From positions 32,001 to 96,000 of the forward strand of contig CP010425.1 in assembly GCA_000830295.1 (NCBI GenBank): DNA of 64,000 bases. Direction: 5' to 3'. The DNA is from an archaeon GW2011_AR15 (GTDB lineage: Archaea; Nanobdellota; Nanobdellia; Woesearchaeales; GW2011-AR15). This document shows positions 55,564-64,000 of the stretch, piece after piece. Within the stretch, counting starts at the first letter, position 1; the number at the start of each line of letters is the position of its first letter. The position numbers and the translations under genes were made by a program. The notes beneath the pieces were generated by a model. That model was not told the DNA's origin, ran no database searches, and saw only the letters and a program-made list of their open reading frames with translations.

Positions 55564-56772
55564 ATGGTATTTGATTTTAAGTTCCCGGATGTTGGAGAAG
55601 GCATTACTGAAGGGACTATTGTAAAGTGGAAAGTAAAAGCAGGCGATTCTGTCAAGGCTGATGAGCCTATTGCTGAAATCGAGACAGACAAGGCAATTGT
55701 TGATATCCCTACGCCAAAGGCCGGAGTAATCCTGAAAATCAATCACAGAGAGGGAGAAACAATAAAAGTCGGGGAGACCCTTGCAGTTATTGGCGAGAAG
55801 GGAGAGAAGGCAGGAGAAACAAAAGAAAAAAAAGAAGGCAGGGAAGATGAGCACTACACAGGCAGTGTCGTCGGCTTCCTTGAAGAGGCAAAGGATGAGT
55901 TTAAGCCAGGAAGAAGCTCCAAAAAAGAGTCGGAGTCTTCAGAGAAAAGAATAAGGGCCACCCCGAAAATAAGAATGCTTGCAAAAGAGCTCAATGTTGA
56001 GCTGAAAAATATTGTCCCGACAGGCCACGGCGGAAGAATAAGTGAGGAAGACATCAGGAAGTCTGTTAAAAAAGCAGCTAAAAGAGAATATCACGGCAAG
56101 GTTACAAGGAGGGAACTGAAAGGGGTAAGAAAAACTATTGCAAAAAACCTTGTTGAAGCCCACCTGGCAACTGTTCCTGTAACCACAATGCATGACGCTG
56201 ATGTAACAGGGCTCTGGGAAGCAAGGGAAAAAGAAAAAATAAGCGCAGAAAAGAAGGGAGTAAAGCTTACCTTCCTCCCATATATAATAAAAGCAGCAAC
56301 TGAAGCGCTGAAAAAGCATCCTGAGATAAACTCAACTCTTGAGGGTGATGAAATTGTGCTGAAAAACTACTATCATATAGGGTTTGCCGTTGATACTGAT
56401 GACGGGCTTATAGTGCCTGTGGTAAAAGACGCTGACAAGAAATCCCTGATGGAACTTGCGAAAGAACTGGCAGAGCTGGGAGAAAAGGCAAGGGCAAGGA
56501 AGCTTGGGATAGATGAAATAAAAGGGGGTTCTTTCTCAATAACTAATTTAGGCTCTGTGGGAGTGAAATATTTTACGCCGGTAATTAATTATCCTGAAAG
56601 CGCCATACTCGGCCTGGGAAGCATCGGGAACATGCCGGTCGCATCAGAGAATGACATCAAAATAAGAAAAATACTCCCTCTTTCGCTTACATTCGATCAC
56701 AGGGTAATAGACGGCGCGCAGGCGTCAAGGTTCATGCTGGATTTAATCAAAAATCTGGAAAGCATAAAATAG
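55564..56772 (+). CDS. pdhC: Dihydrolipoamide acyltransferase E2
   Basis: Lipoyl domain ETDKA, PSBD GTG..GRI-like, DHRVIDG. Confidence 0.93.
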   Translation: MVFDFKFPDVGEGITEGTIVKWKVKAGDSVKADEPIAEIETDKAIVDIPTPKAGVILKINHREGETIKVGETLAVIGEKGEKAGETKEKKEGREDEHYTGSVVGFLEEAKDEFKPGRSSKKESESSEKRIRATPKIRMLAKELNVELKNIVPTGHGGRISEEDIRKSVKKAAKREYHGKVTRRELKGVRKTIAKNLVEAHLATVPVTTMHDADVTGLWEAREKEKISAEKKGVKLTFLPYIIKAATEALKKHPEINSTLEGDEIVLKNYYHIGFAVDTDDGLIVPVVKDADKKSLMELAKELAELGEKARARKLGIDEIKGGSFSITNLGSVGVKYFTPVINYPESAILGLGSIGNMPVASENDIKIRKILPLSLTFDHRVIDGAQASRFMLDLIKNLESIK

Positions 56773-56805
56773 AGTAAATAAAAAACATTGGGGGTGCAAA
56801 AAAAA

Positions 56806-57210
56806 ATGGTAAACTGGTTATCTGTACTAGGAACTGCATTAGCAGGCTTTTTGCTGGGATGGATTTGGTATGGCCCGTTGTTCGGAAAACAGTGGATGAA
56901 GCTGATGAAAATATCCAAGAAAGACATGCAAAAAGCAAAGAAGAAAAGCATGGTTACACCGATGGTCGGCGGGTTCCTTGCTACGGTTGTTATGGCTTAT
57001 GTGCTTGATACATTCGTTAGACTTGTGGCTGCCACAACTTTTGTTGAGGGAGCAATCCTCGGATTCTGGCTGTGGCTGGGGTTCGTGGCAACTGTTCTCC
57101 TGGGAAAAGTCCTGTGGGAGAACAAATCATTCAGCCTCTACCTTATTGACTCGCTGCATTATCTTGCTGTGCTTGGGTTGATGGGCGGTCTATTGGCTGT
57201 CTGGATATAA
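56806..57210 (+). CDS. DUF1761-like membrane protein
   Basis: G.IWYGPLFGK.W, 4 TM. Confidence 0.8.
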   Translation: MVNWLSVLGTALAGFLLGWIWYGPLFGKQWMKLMKISKKDMQKAKKKSMVTPMVGGFLATVVMAYVLDTFVRLVAATTFVEGAILGFWLWLGFVATVLLGKVLWENKSFSLYLIDSLHYLAVLGLMGGLLAVWI

Positions 57211-57277
57211 TTCTTTTTTTATTTTTTATTAGTTAACTTTAAATATAGTTTAATTACTGGGTTGCTGGGGAAAACTT

Positions 57278-58132
57278 ATGGCAGAAAACAGGGTTGTTGT
57301 TATCGGCGGTTCCGGTGTGCATGACAGCCCCGGCTTCAAAGAGGCTGTATGGGAAACACTGGATTTGGGAACACCTTATGGCAGGATAGAATATCAGGAA
57401 AGAGAAGATGGTGTAGTCTTTATACCAAGGCATGGCCATAATGTGAAATATGCCCCCCATCTTACGCAGTATATTGAAAACAGCCTGGCAGCAGCCCATC
57501 TTGGTGATGTCGTTATAGCCACCAGCGCAGTAGGGACATACCATCCTGAAAAAATCAAAGTCAAAGGCCTGGTTATTCCTGATGACTATATAGACATGAC
57601 AACAGGAAGGAAATCTGACCCTTATGGCGAGGGAATTACGGTCCATGCAAACCCAAGGCCTGCATTTACTGAAGAAGTCAGGAAAATTCTTCTTGAGAGC
57701 GGGAAGAAGCATTCGCATGCTTTTAATGGAGTTACAGATGGCGGCACATACCTGACTATGGACGGATCGAGGTTCGGCACAAGAGCTGAAGGGAACATGA
57801 GGGCATATTATGCTGACCTTGCGGGAATGACCTGCAATCCTGAAGCTGAGATAATGATGTATCTTGATATGCCTTATGCACTTGCTGCATTTGTTGTTGA
57901 TGAGGATGTTGACGCTGACCACGAACTGTCAACAATGGCTGTTATGAAAGAGCTTTCACAGCCTGATAAAGTCCCTGCTTTCATAGAGACTGCAATTGAG
58001 CTTGCAAAAGAAATGAAACTGCCTGAACGTGACCCGAGAATTGCAACAGGAATAATAGAACAGGGTCTGGAAAGGATCGCCAATAAATACGCAAGACAAA
58101 GAGCAGGATATCTTATGCAGAAATACAAGTAA
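57278..58132 (+). CDS. MTAP-like purine nucleoside phosphorylase
   Basis: IGGSG, TPYG, RHG..H, F.T.AE, GMT..PEA. Confidence 0.85.
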   Translation: MAENRVVVIGGSGVHDSPGFKEAVWETLDLGTPYGRIEYQEREDGVVFIPRHGHNVKYAPHLTQYIENSLAAAHLGDVVIATSAVGTYHPEKIKVKGLVIPDDYIDMTTGRKSDPYGEGITVHANPRPAFTEEVRKILLESGKKHSHAFNGVTDGGTYLTMDGSRFGTRAEGNMRAYYADLAGMTCNPEAEIMMYLDMPYALAAFVVDEDVDADHELSTMAVMKELSQPDKVPAFIETAIELAKEMKLPERDPRIATGIIEQGLERIANKYARQRAGYLMQKYK

Positions 58133-58876
58133 TTATTTCATGAAATTCCACTCTCTTGTGGAATATTTTTCTTCTACCAGCTGCCTTGCCCGCTTAATCT
58201 CCTCTTCAGCAAGCTCCCCGAAGCTGAATTCCTTCCCTTCTGTAAATCCCTTGAGCAGGGCATTATATGTATCTTCCCTCGTAACTTTTTTGTAATCTAT
58301 CACTCTTGTAACCCTTTCTTCAACAGACTTTATTATTTTATCGCGGATTTTCTCATCAGGAATTTTGAGAACAGTGAACATCCTCTTCACATCAACATCA
58401 TATAATATTGTGCCGTGCTGCAGCAATACGTTATTCCTCCTTGTCTGCGCATTGCCTGATATCTTCTTATTTCCGACAACAATATCATTTATAGGCACAA
58501 ACTGCGCATCAATCCCTATATTTTTCAGCCCTTTGACCACCCAGCCGCATATTTCTTTATAGCTCTCGATTATATTTTTCGGGAACATTCCAACCGGACC
58601 AATTACGGAATAAGTTATCTCTCCGTCATGGGAATGATAGACTGCCCCGCCGCCTGTCCTTCTTCTCACTATGCTGATGCCAAGCTTCCTGCATTTTCTC
58701 GCGTCAACAACATCATCCATGCTCTGGAAATATCCTATGGAAACCGCACTCGGAAGCCATCTGTAGAATCTTATTGTCGGCTCTCCCCCTTCTGCAACTG
58801 ATTCAGAGACTGCCTCATCTATCGCCATATTCATGAAAGCATGGTCCATTTCCAGGGGTATGACTCTCCACTTCAT
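58133..58876 (-). CDS. lplA: Lipoate-protein ligase catalytic subunit
   Basis: NMAIDEA, RR.TGGGAVYH, ND...KKISGNAQ, HGT. Confidence 0.92.
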   Translation of the reverse strand: MKWRVIPLEMDHAFMNMAIDEAVSESVAEGGEPTIRFYRWLPSAVSIGYFQSMDDVVDARKCRKLGISIVRRRTGGGAVYHSHDGEITYSVIGPVGMFPKNIIESYKEICGWVVKGLKNIGIDAQFVPINDIVVGNKKISGNAQTRRNNVLLQHGTILYDVDVKRMFTVLKIPDEKIRDKIIKSVEERVTRVIDYKKVTREDTYNALLKGFTEGKEFSFGELAEEEIKRARQLVEEKYSTREWNFMK

Positions 58877-59160
58877 TTTTGATCAACTGCCTTTTTCAGC
58901 ACTCTTGCTATTGCGGCCGCATCCAGGCCTATCAGCTGGTAGCCCTTTTCTGCTATGACTTTCTGCAGCTCTTCTGCAATCTCTTTTTCATCAAAATCCT
59001 TTTTTATGCCCGCCAGTCTTTTCTCTATCTCTTTTATTGATTCTTCAGGGTGCGCAAAGAAATCGCCTGTAATATCAACTTTCTCTATTTTGTCACCGAA
59101 ATCTACTTTTATAACTAGAAGTTTTCCGCCCTCAACTTTCTCCATTGCCTGAGTGTGCAC
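58873..59160 (-). CDS. Lipoate-protein ligase accessory subunit (LplB-like C-terminal domain)
   Basis: K..GGKL, ITGDFF.HPEE; coupled to lplA. Confidence 0.85.
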   Translation of the reverse strand: MHTQAMEKVEGGKLLVIKVDFGDKIEKVDITGDFFAHPEESIKEIEKRLAGIKKDFDEKEIAEELQKVIAEKGYQLIGLDAAAIARVLKKAVDQK

Positions 59161-59341
59161 AATAAATGAAAGTGATTCACTTATAAATATGTTTCCAAAT
59201 ACAAAATATCAATTTGGAAAATCTTAAATAGAAAATATCCTTACCCAGGCCTAAAAGGGGGTGGAATATGAGGCGAGCATATCGCTTTATAGTCAATAGT
59301 TTAGTTCTTAATAGTTCTTTTAATAGAGGGGGTAATCTGAA

Positions 59342-61450
59342 ATGAAAAAAATATTGTTTGTAGTGTTAGCTTTGATAATGATTGTTTCTGCAGCGGCTGT
59401 TCAGGATAATATTGAGAGAAAGGACGGCGGGATAAAGACTGAGAACAAGGATTTTGTCCTTGACTGGGACTTGGAAGTTACAGGCTACAGCCCGCACTCA
59501 GGGAAATTCATACTTGAAGGGACTGCGCTGAGAAGCAAGGAAACAGATAGGAAAGCAGATATTGCAATAATCAGTCCCGTCCCTCTGGTGTCGATGAGCA
59601 GCGCTGTTGTATGGGAAGATATTGAAGAAGTTTTAACTGAGGAGAAAATTTATCCCTGTGACGGTCAATACGGCTGGAATAATGAAGAACACACCCAGAT
59701 TTATTGTGCAAGAACATACACAAGGTTAAATAATCAGACCGAGCAAATAGAGAACTATACTTCAACTTCAGTCATTGATGTTAACTCCGGAATATCTGTT
59801 ACTGATTTGGGGGATTCAATTGCATGGAACAACACAAAAACAGTAAAAAGGATATCTGAGAATGTAATATCATCAAAAATATCTTCCATTGAACATAAGA
59901 CAGATTATGGAAATTACGTCTACTATGTAAAAAACAATACTTTCAAAGCAGATGAAGATTACAGGTTCAGGTTTGAGATTGATGTAGCTAAAGAGATGCT
60001 TCCTGTAAAATATACTGTTTGTATAGGTGATGCAGAAGCCAACATATATTATTTCTGCCTAGACCCTACAATTGTCGATGCAAGGACATGGACAACTGAT
60101 GCTGACTTCACGAACGGAACAACACTTCTTAATTTGACTGCGGAGAATGATGATTTAAGGTTGGATATTGACAATGATGCTGCCTATTCAGATAGTCTAA
60201 TTCATTATTATTCGTTTGATTCTAATGCCAGTGATAGTGTTGGCAGTCTTGACGGAAGCGTGGATGGAGCAACCAGCACTACAGCCAAGAACAATAATGG
60301 GTACTCCTTTGATGGAACTAATGATAGAATAACTTATGATGGTGGCAGTAGATTTTATGATGATTCTGGCGATTTTTCAGTTTCTTATTGGGTATACATA
60401 GATTCTGATGGAACAGGAGTCCAAAAGCACATTTCAGCTCTTCAATGTGACTCTAATGCGGGAATGGCATATTACTATACTCATACAGGAGACATATATC
60501 ACGTTCAGATGAATAATGTAGGAGACATTTTAAGTGATAGTGCATTAACAGAGGATGCATGGACACATATTGTCTTTACAAGGAATGTCTCAGGGACAAT
60601 CCAGAACGCACTATACATAAATGGGGTATCTCAAACTTTAAGTGCTTCAGAACAAACCTACGACCCGATTTCCGGTGGTAGTTCATATACTAATGTTATA
60701 GGTGCACAACAGAGTGATTGCTTTTCATATGTTCAGTTTACAAAAGGGGATATTGACGAAATTGCTTTCTGGAACAGGTCTTTGACAGAAGAAGAGGTAG
60801 TATCTCTCAATAATTCCCATTTCTACTCTCCAGGGAGTTCAGAAACATTCTCACAGGGATTATACAGCGATGTTCAAGGTTGGTATCCTCAGAATGGATC
60901 AAAGCTAACAAGTGTTGATGTGCAAACTGTGCTCGCTGTTGATAGCTCTATCTTATTTAAATATAACAGCACTAATGCTTCACTGGACAGTTCTGAGTGG
61001 ATAAATCTTACTACTAATGGAACTAACATAATCAGTTTAGATCTGTCTAATGACCAGCCAATCTACTATCAGTTCAAGCTAATAGGGCCTGTTTCAACAC
61101 CAAGTGTAACTTCATATACTCTTCAGGAGACGATATATTCTGAGTCAGGAGCCAACAATTTTATTGATTTGGGTATACAACAGAGCTCAGCATGGCCTGA
61201 AGCGAATGTGTATAATGGCCAACAAGTTTACCTGAGAAACCTCAATAATGACCAAATATTAGCAACCGTAGACAGAGTTGTGGTGTATGGGAATAAAAGA
61301 TGGATTATCAACTATGCACTACCAAATGAATCTCTTGTGGGTTTGACTTTCAACATAACTCCGGTTGTTTATGTTCTTGATATGGCAAACCTGTCTTCGA
61401 CAGAGCTAACCACAACAGTAAAAAATCTCATAGACGCAACCATTAACTAA
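59342..61450 (+). CDS. Secreted LamG/concanavalin-like domain protein
   Basis: Signal peptide; YYSFD, FDG.ND, FSVS.W, W.HIV, LYING, G.IDEI..WNR.L. Confidence 0.85.
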   Translation: MKKILFVVLALIMIVSAAAVQDNIERKDGGIKTENKDFVLDWDLEVTGYSPHSGKFILEGTALRSKETDRKADIAIISPVPLVSMSSAVVWEDIEEVLTEEKIYPCDGQYGWNNEEHTQIYCARTYTRLNNQTEQIENYTSTSVIDVNSGISVTDLGDSIAWNNTKTVKRISENVISSKISSIEHKTDYGNYVYYVKNNTFKADEDYRFRFEIDVAKEMLPVKYTVCIGDAEANIYYFCLDPTIVDARTWTTDADFTNGTTLLNLTAENDDLRLDIDNDAAYSDSLIHYYSFDSNASDSVGSLDGSVDGATSTTAKNNNGYSFDGTNDRITYDGGSRFYDDSGDFSVSYWVYIDSDGTGVQKHISALQCDSNAGMAYYYTHTGDIYHVQMNNVGDILSDSALTEDAWTHIVFTRNVSGTIQNALYINGVSQTLSASEQTYDPISGGSSYTNVIGAQQSDCFSYVQFTKGDIDEIAFWNRSLTEEEVVSLNNSHFYSPGSSETFSQGLYSDVQGWYPQNGSKLTSVDVQTVLAVDSSILFKYNSTNASLDSSEWINLTTNGTNIISLDLSNDQPIYYQFKLIGPVSTPSVTSYTLQETIYSESGANNFIDLGIQQSSAWPEANVYNGQQVYLRNLNNDQILATVDRVVVYGNKRWIINYALPNESLVGLTFNITPVVYVLDMANLSSTELTTTVKNLIDATIN

Positions 61451-61460
61451 AGGAGGAAAC

Positions 61461-64000
61461 ATGAAGAAAACTAGTTTCCTCCTGCTTTTTGTATTTTTAT
61501 TAGTGATTAGTGTGAGCTATGCGGCTGATACGTACAAGCCTTACATACACAAAGCCAATCTTCCTGAACACCCTAAAATAATCCTGTACGGCCAGTACAG
61601 GACCAGCCTGTTTCCTGGGGCAGCCACTTATTCTTACGGCATTGAAGTTCCTAGAGGAACAAACGGGCTGCAGCCTCTGGTTTTTGCCAGCTACAACAGC
61701 CAGTCTGCATCACAAAGGCCCGGGATACTTGGAAGCGGCTGGGCAGAAAGCAGCATATGGACGATTCCTGAGGATTTCATAAACAGCTCAGGAGACACAG
61801 GCATCAGGGTTATAGATATTAATGGAGATGGTCTGCCTGATATCCTGCAGGGCGCAGCCAGTACTAAAAAAGCATGGCTCAACAATGCAAGCGGCTGGGA
61901 AAATTATGATGCAGTGTGGCAGCCGCCGACCTCTTTTATAGACGGAAACGGGAAAGACGAGGGAACAAGGTTTATAGATGCCAATCTTGACGGGCTGGTT
62001 GATATCATAAAGCAGGATGATTCAGCATGGCTCAACAATGGCTCAGGCTGGCAGGCTACTGATGGCTGGAAATCGCCTGCAGATTTCATTGTCAGTAATG
62101 AAAACCTTGGCAGGAGCATCGCAGATGTCAACGGAGACGGGTTTGCCGATATAATCATTTCAACTTCAGGAGGGAATACAACATGGATTAAGAATTCAAC
62201 ATATCCTCAAATGCTGAAAAACATAGAGAATGAATATGGCGGGATTACAAATATAAGCTATGCCAGCTCAACACAGTTCAATAATTCAGAAAATGTGACT
62301 TCCCAGCTTGGCTTTAATATTTATGTTGTTTCCAATGTAACAACAGCAAACGGGCTTTCGGATGATTTTAACTTTGCTACTTCAACATCTTATAATTATT
62401 CTCTTGGAAAATACAATTACGGAAACTCTGAGTTCAGGGGTTTCGGAGTTTCTAAAGAGATAATGCCGTCAAAGATTGTCAGCCATTATTTCCATCAAGA
62501 TAATCCTAGAAGGAGCAAGGAGTTTAAGACTCAGATATATGATACGAATTTAAGCATCTTTTCAAAAAGCGAGAAAGAATATGCGGTTGTGTTTTCTGAT
62601 GGTGTTTATAATATAAGTCTTGATTCTTCTGCTGAATATCTCTATGATGGTTCTAATTCTCCTGTAATTACAAATAAAAGCTATACCTATGACTGGTACG
62701 GCAACCTGCTTTATTTAGAAGATCAAGGAGATGTTTCTGTTGCCGAAGATGAGAGATATTTCAACTATAGCTATGGTTTTGACAAGCAAAACTGGATAAT
62801 GGATAGGGCTGCGAGAGAAACTATCTATGATGATGAATTAGAGAAAGTAAGCGAGACAAAATACTATTATGATAATTTGGGCCTGGAAGGAGTGAGCGGC
62901 TATGGCAGACTGACTAAAACAGAAAGATGGGATTCAGGCGGAGATAATGTGTTTACTTACTTTAGTTATGATGGTTTTGGGAATGTGATTAAGAAAACAG
63001 ATAGTTTAGGGAACAGCTATAAGTTTTCGTACGACAGCACGCACACCTATCCTGTTACAGAGATAAATCCCCTGGGGCATATTACCACAAGGGTTTTTGA
63101 TTTACGGACAGGGAATGTTTTGTCTTTCACACAGAATGATATTACCGCAAGCTTTGTTTATGATGCTCATGGAAGAATAGCTAAAGAGGTCATGCCTTTT
63201 GACACGAATTTCTCTCCGACAAAAGAGTATGAGTATAGCTTTGATGGGGCGGCTCCTGAGAAGGTAAAGGTTAGTATGAAAACAACAGCTAACAGGACAG
63301 ACCGCATGTCCTATTTCTATGACGGGTTTGCCAATCTTATTCAGGTCAAGTCAGAGGTTGAAGATGGCCGGGAGATTGTCAAGAATATCTTCTATGATTC
63401 TGAATACAGGGTTGAGAGTGAGCAGAACCTTTATTTTGCTGATTATTCTTTAGAGCTAAGTCCTGCGGACAATGAAAGCAATTATGTTTTCTATAACTAT
63501 GATGCTTTAGATAGAGTTGTTTCTGTAACTAATCCTGACGGGACTTCTAAGACTGTCAGCTTTGAAAAGTACAATATAAGCTCTTATGATGAAAACGGGA
63601 ACAGGCATGATTACCTATTGGATGCGTTCGGCAGGATTGCTGAGGTCCACGAGTATAACACAAATGATGTCGGCCTGCAGAAAGTCTATAACACAACCTA
63701 TGAATATGACTCCAATGACAATCTGGTTAGAATTACAGATGAGGAAGGCAATGAGTTTTTGTTCTTCTATGATTCGCTGTCGAGGAAAACAGCAATGGAT
63801 GACCCTGATCTGGGCAGCTGGAGTTATGGCTATGACAAGAATTCAAACCTGATCAGCCAGACAGATGCAAAGAATAATACTATCAGACTTGGCTATGATG
63901 CCCTGAACAGGGTAACAGAAAAAAACAGCTCAGACGTTAACATTACTTTCAGCTATGACGGGGCTTACTCCGGTGTGCTGACAAATATGAGTATGAATGA
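61461..64000 (+). CDS. Secreted SpvB-N/FG-GAP/TcdB-midN/YD-RHS repeat protein (3' end beyond window)
   Basis: SD AGGAGG; signal peptide; GAATYSY.IEVP.GTNGLQP; DINGDGLPD repeats; EFRGFG; YDALDRV, DPDLG.W.Y.YD; start and last codons are in the same frame. Confidence 0.85.
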   Translation, partial: MKKTSFLLLFVFLLVISVSYAADTYKPYIHKANLPEHPKIILYGQYRTSLFPGAATYSYGIEVPRGTNGLQPLVFASYNSQSASQRPGILGSGWAESSIWTIPEDFINSSGDTGIRVIDINGDGLPDILQGAASTKKAWLNNASGWENYDAVWQPPTSFIDGNGKDEGTRFIDANLDGLVDIIKQDDSAWLNNGSGWQATDGWKSPADFIVSNENLGRSIADVNGDGFADIIISTSGGNTTWIKNSTYPQMLKNIENEYGGITNISYASSTQFNNSENVTSQLGFNIYVVSNVTTANGLSDDFNFATSTSYNYSLGKYNYGNSEFRGFGVSKEIMPSKIVSHYFHQDNPRRSKEFKTQIYDTNLSIFSKSEKEYAVVFSDGVYNISLDSSAEYLYDGSNSPVITNKSYTYDWYGNLLYLEDQGDVSVAEDERYFNYSYGFDKQNWIMDRAARETIYDDELEKVSETKYYYDNLGLEGVSGYGRLTKTERWDSGGDNVFTYFSYDGFGNVIKKTDSLGNSYKFSYDSTHTYPVTEINPLGHITTRVFDLRTGNVLSFTQNDITASFVYDAHGRIAKEVMPFDTNFSPTKEYEYSFDGAAPEKVKVSMKTTANRTDRMSYFYDGFANLIQVKSEVEDGREIVKNIFYDSEYRVESEQNLYFADYSLELSPADNESNYVFYNYDALDRVVSVTNPDGTSKTVSFEKYNISSYDENGNRHDYLLDAFGRIAEVHEYNTNDVGLQKVYNTTYEYDSNDNLVRITDEEGNEFLFFYDSLSRKTAMDDPDLGSWSYGYDKNSNLISQTDAKNNTIRLGYDALNRVTEKNSSDVNITFSYDGAYSGVLTNMSMN

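Noticed and set aside
59268-59345. 25-aa ORF (MRRAYRFIV...) overlapping the LamG start
   Set aside because: It has an SD-like sequence but no motif or other support; too short to call.

Overview
Gene-dense archaeal chromosomal segment. Archaeal markers are Spt5, SecE, L30e, aNusA, Cbf5, Dph2/Dph6, intron-containing tRNAs and TTTAAATA-type TATA boxes. It also carries many bacterial-type metabolic genes (dnaK, thyA/folA, PDH/lipA, class 2 pyrD). This mix suggests a DPANN/Woesearchaeota-like organism (inference). I found no transposase, integrase, rRNA or CRISPR array. Most notable observations: (1) a tandem pair of class II (B12) ribonucleotide reductases in which the ATP-cone copy has lost both redox cysteines and has an altered NxCxE motif, while the intact copy lacks a cone and sits behind bacterial-type tandem NrdR boxes; (2) a J-domain/Ser-Thr kinase + vWA + divergent pyruvate-kinase-barrel operon; (3) three short twin-hairpin inserts flanked by 26-39 bp direct duplications (dnaK start, tRNA-Ile 3' end, tRNA-Ser 3' end); (4) four paralogous ECF-S-like membrane proteins with a membrane-anchored CBS protein; (5) a tRNA-Ile(UAU); (6) an E3-less PDH cluster led by an AhpD-like gene; (7) a secreted SpvB/FG-GAP/RHS protein running off the right edge. 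All product calls come from motif recognition by eye, not from database searches.
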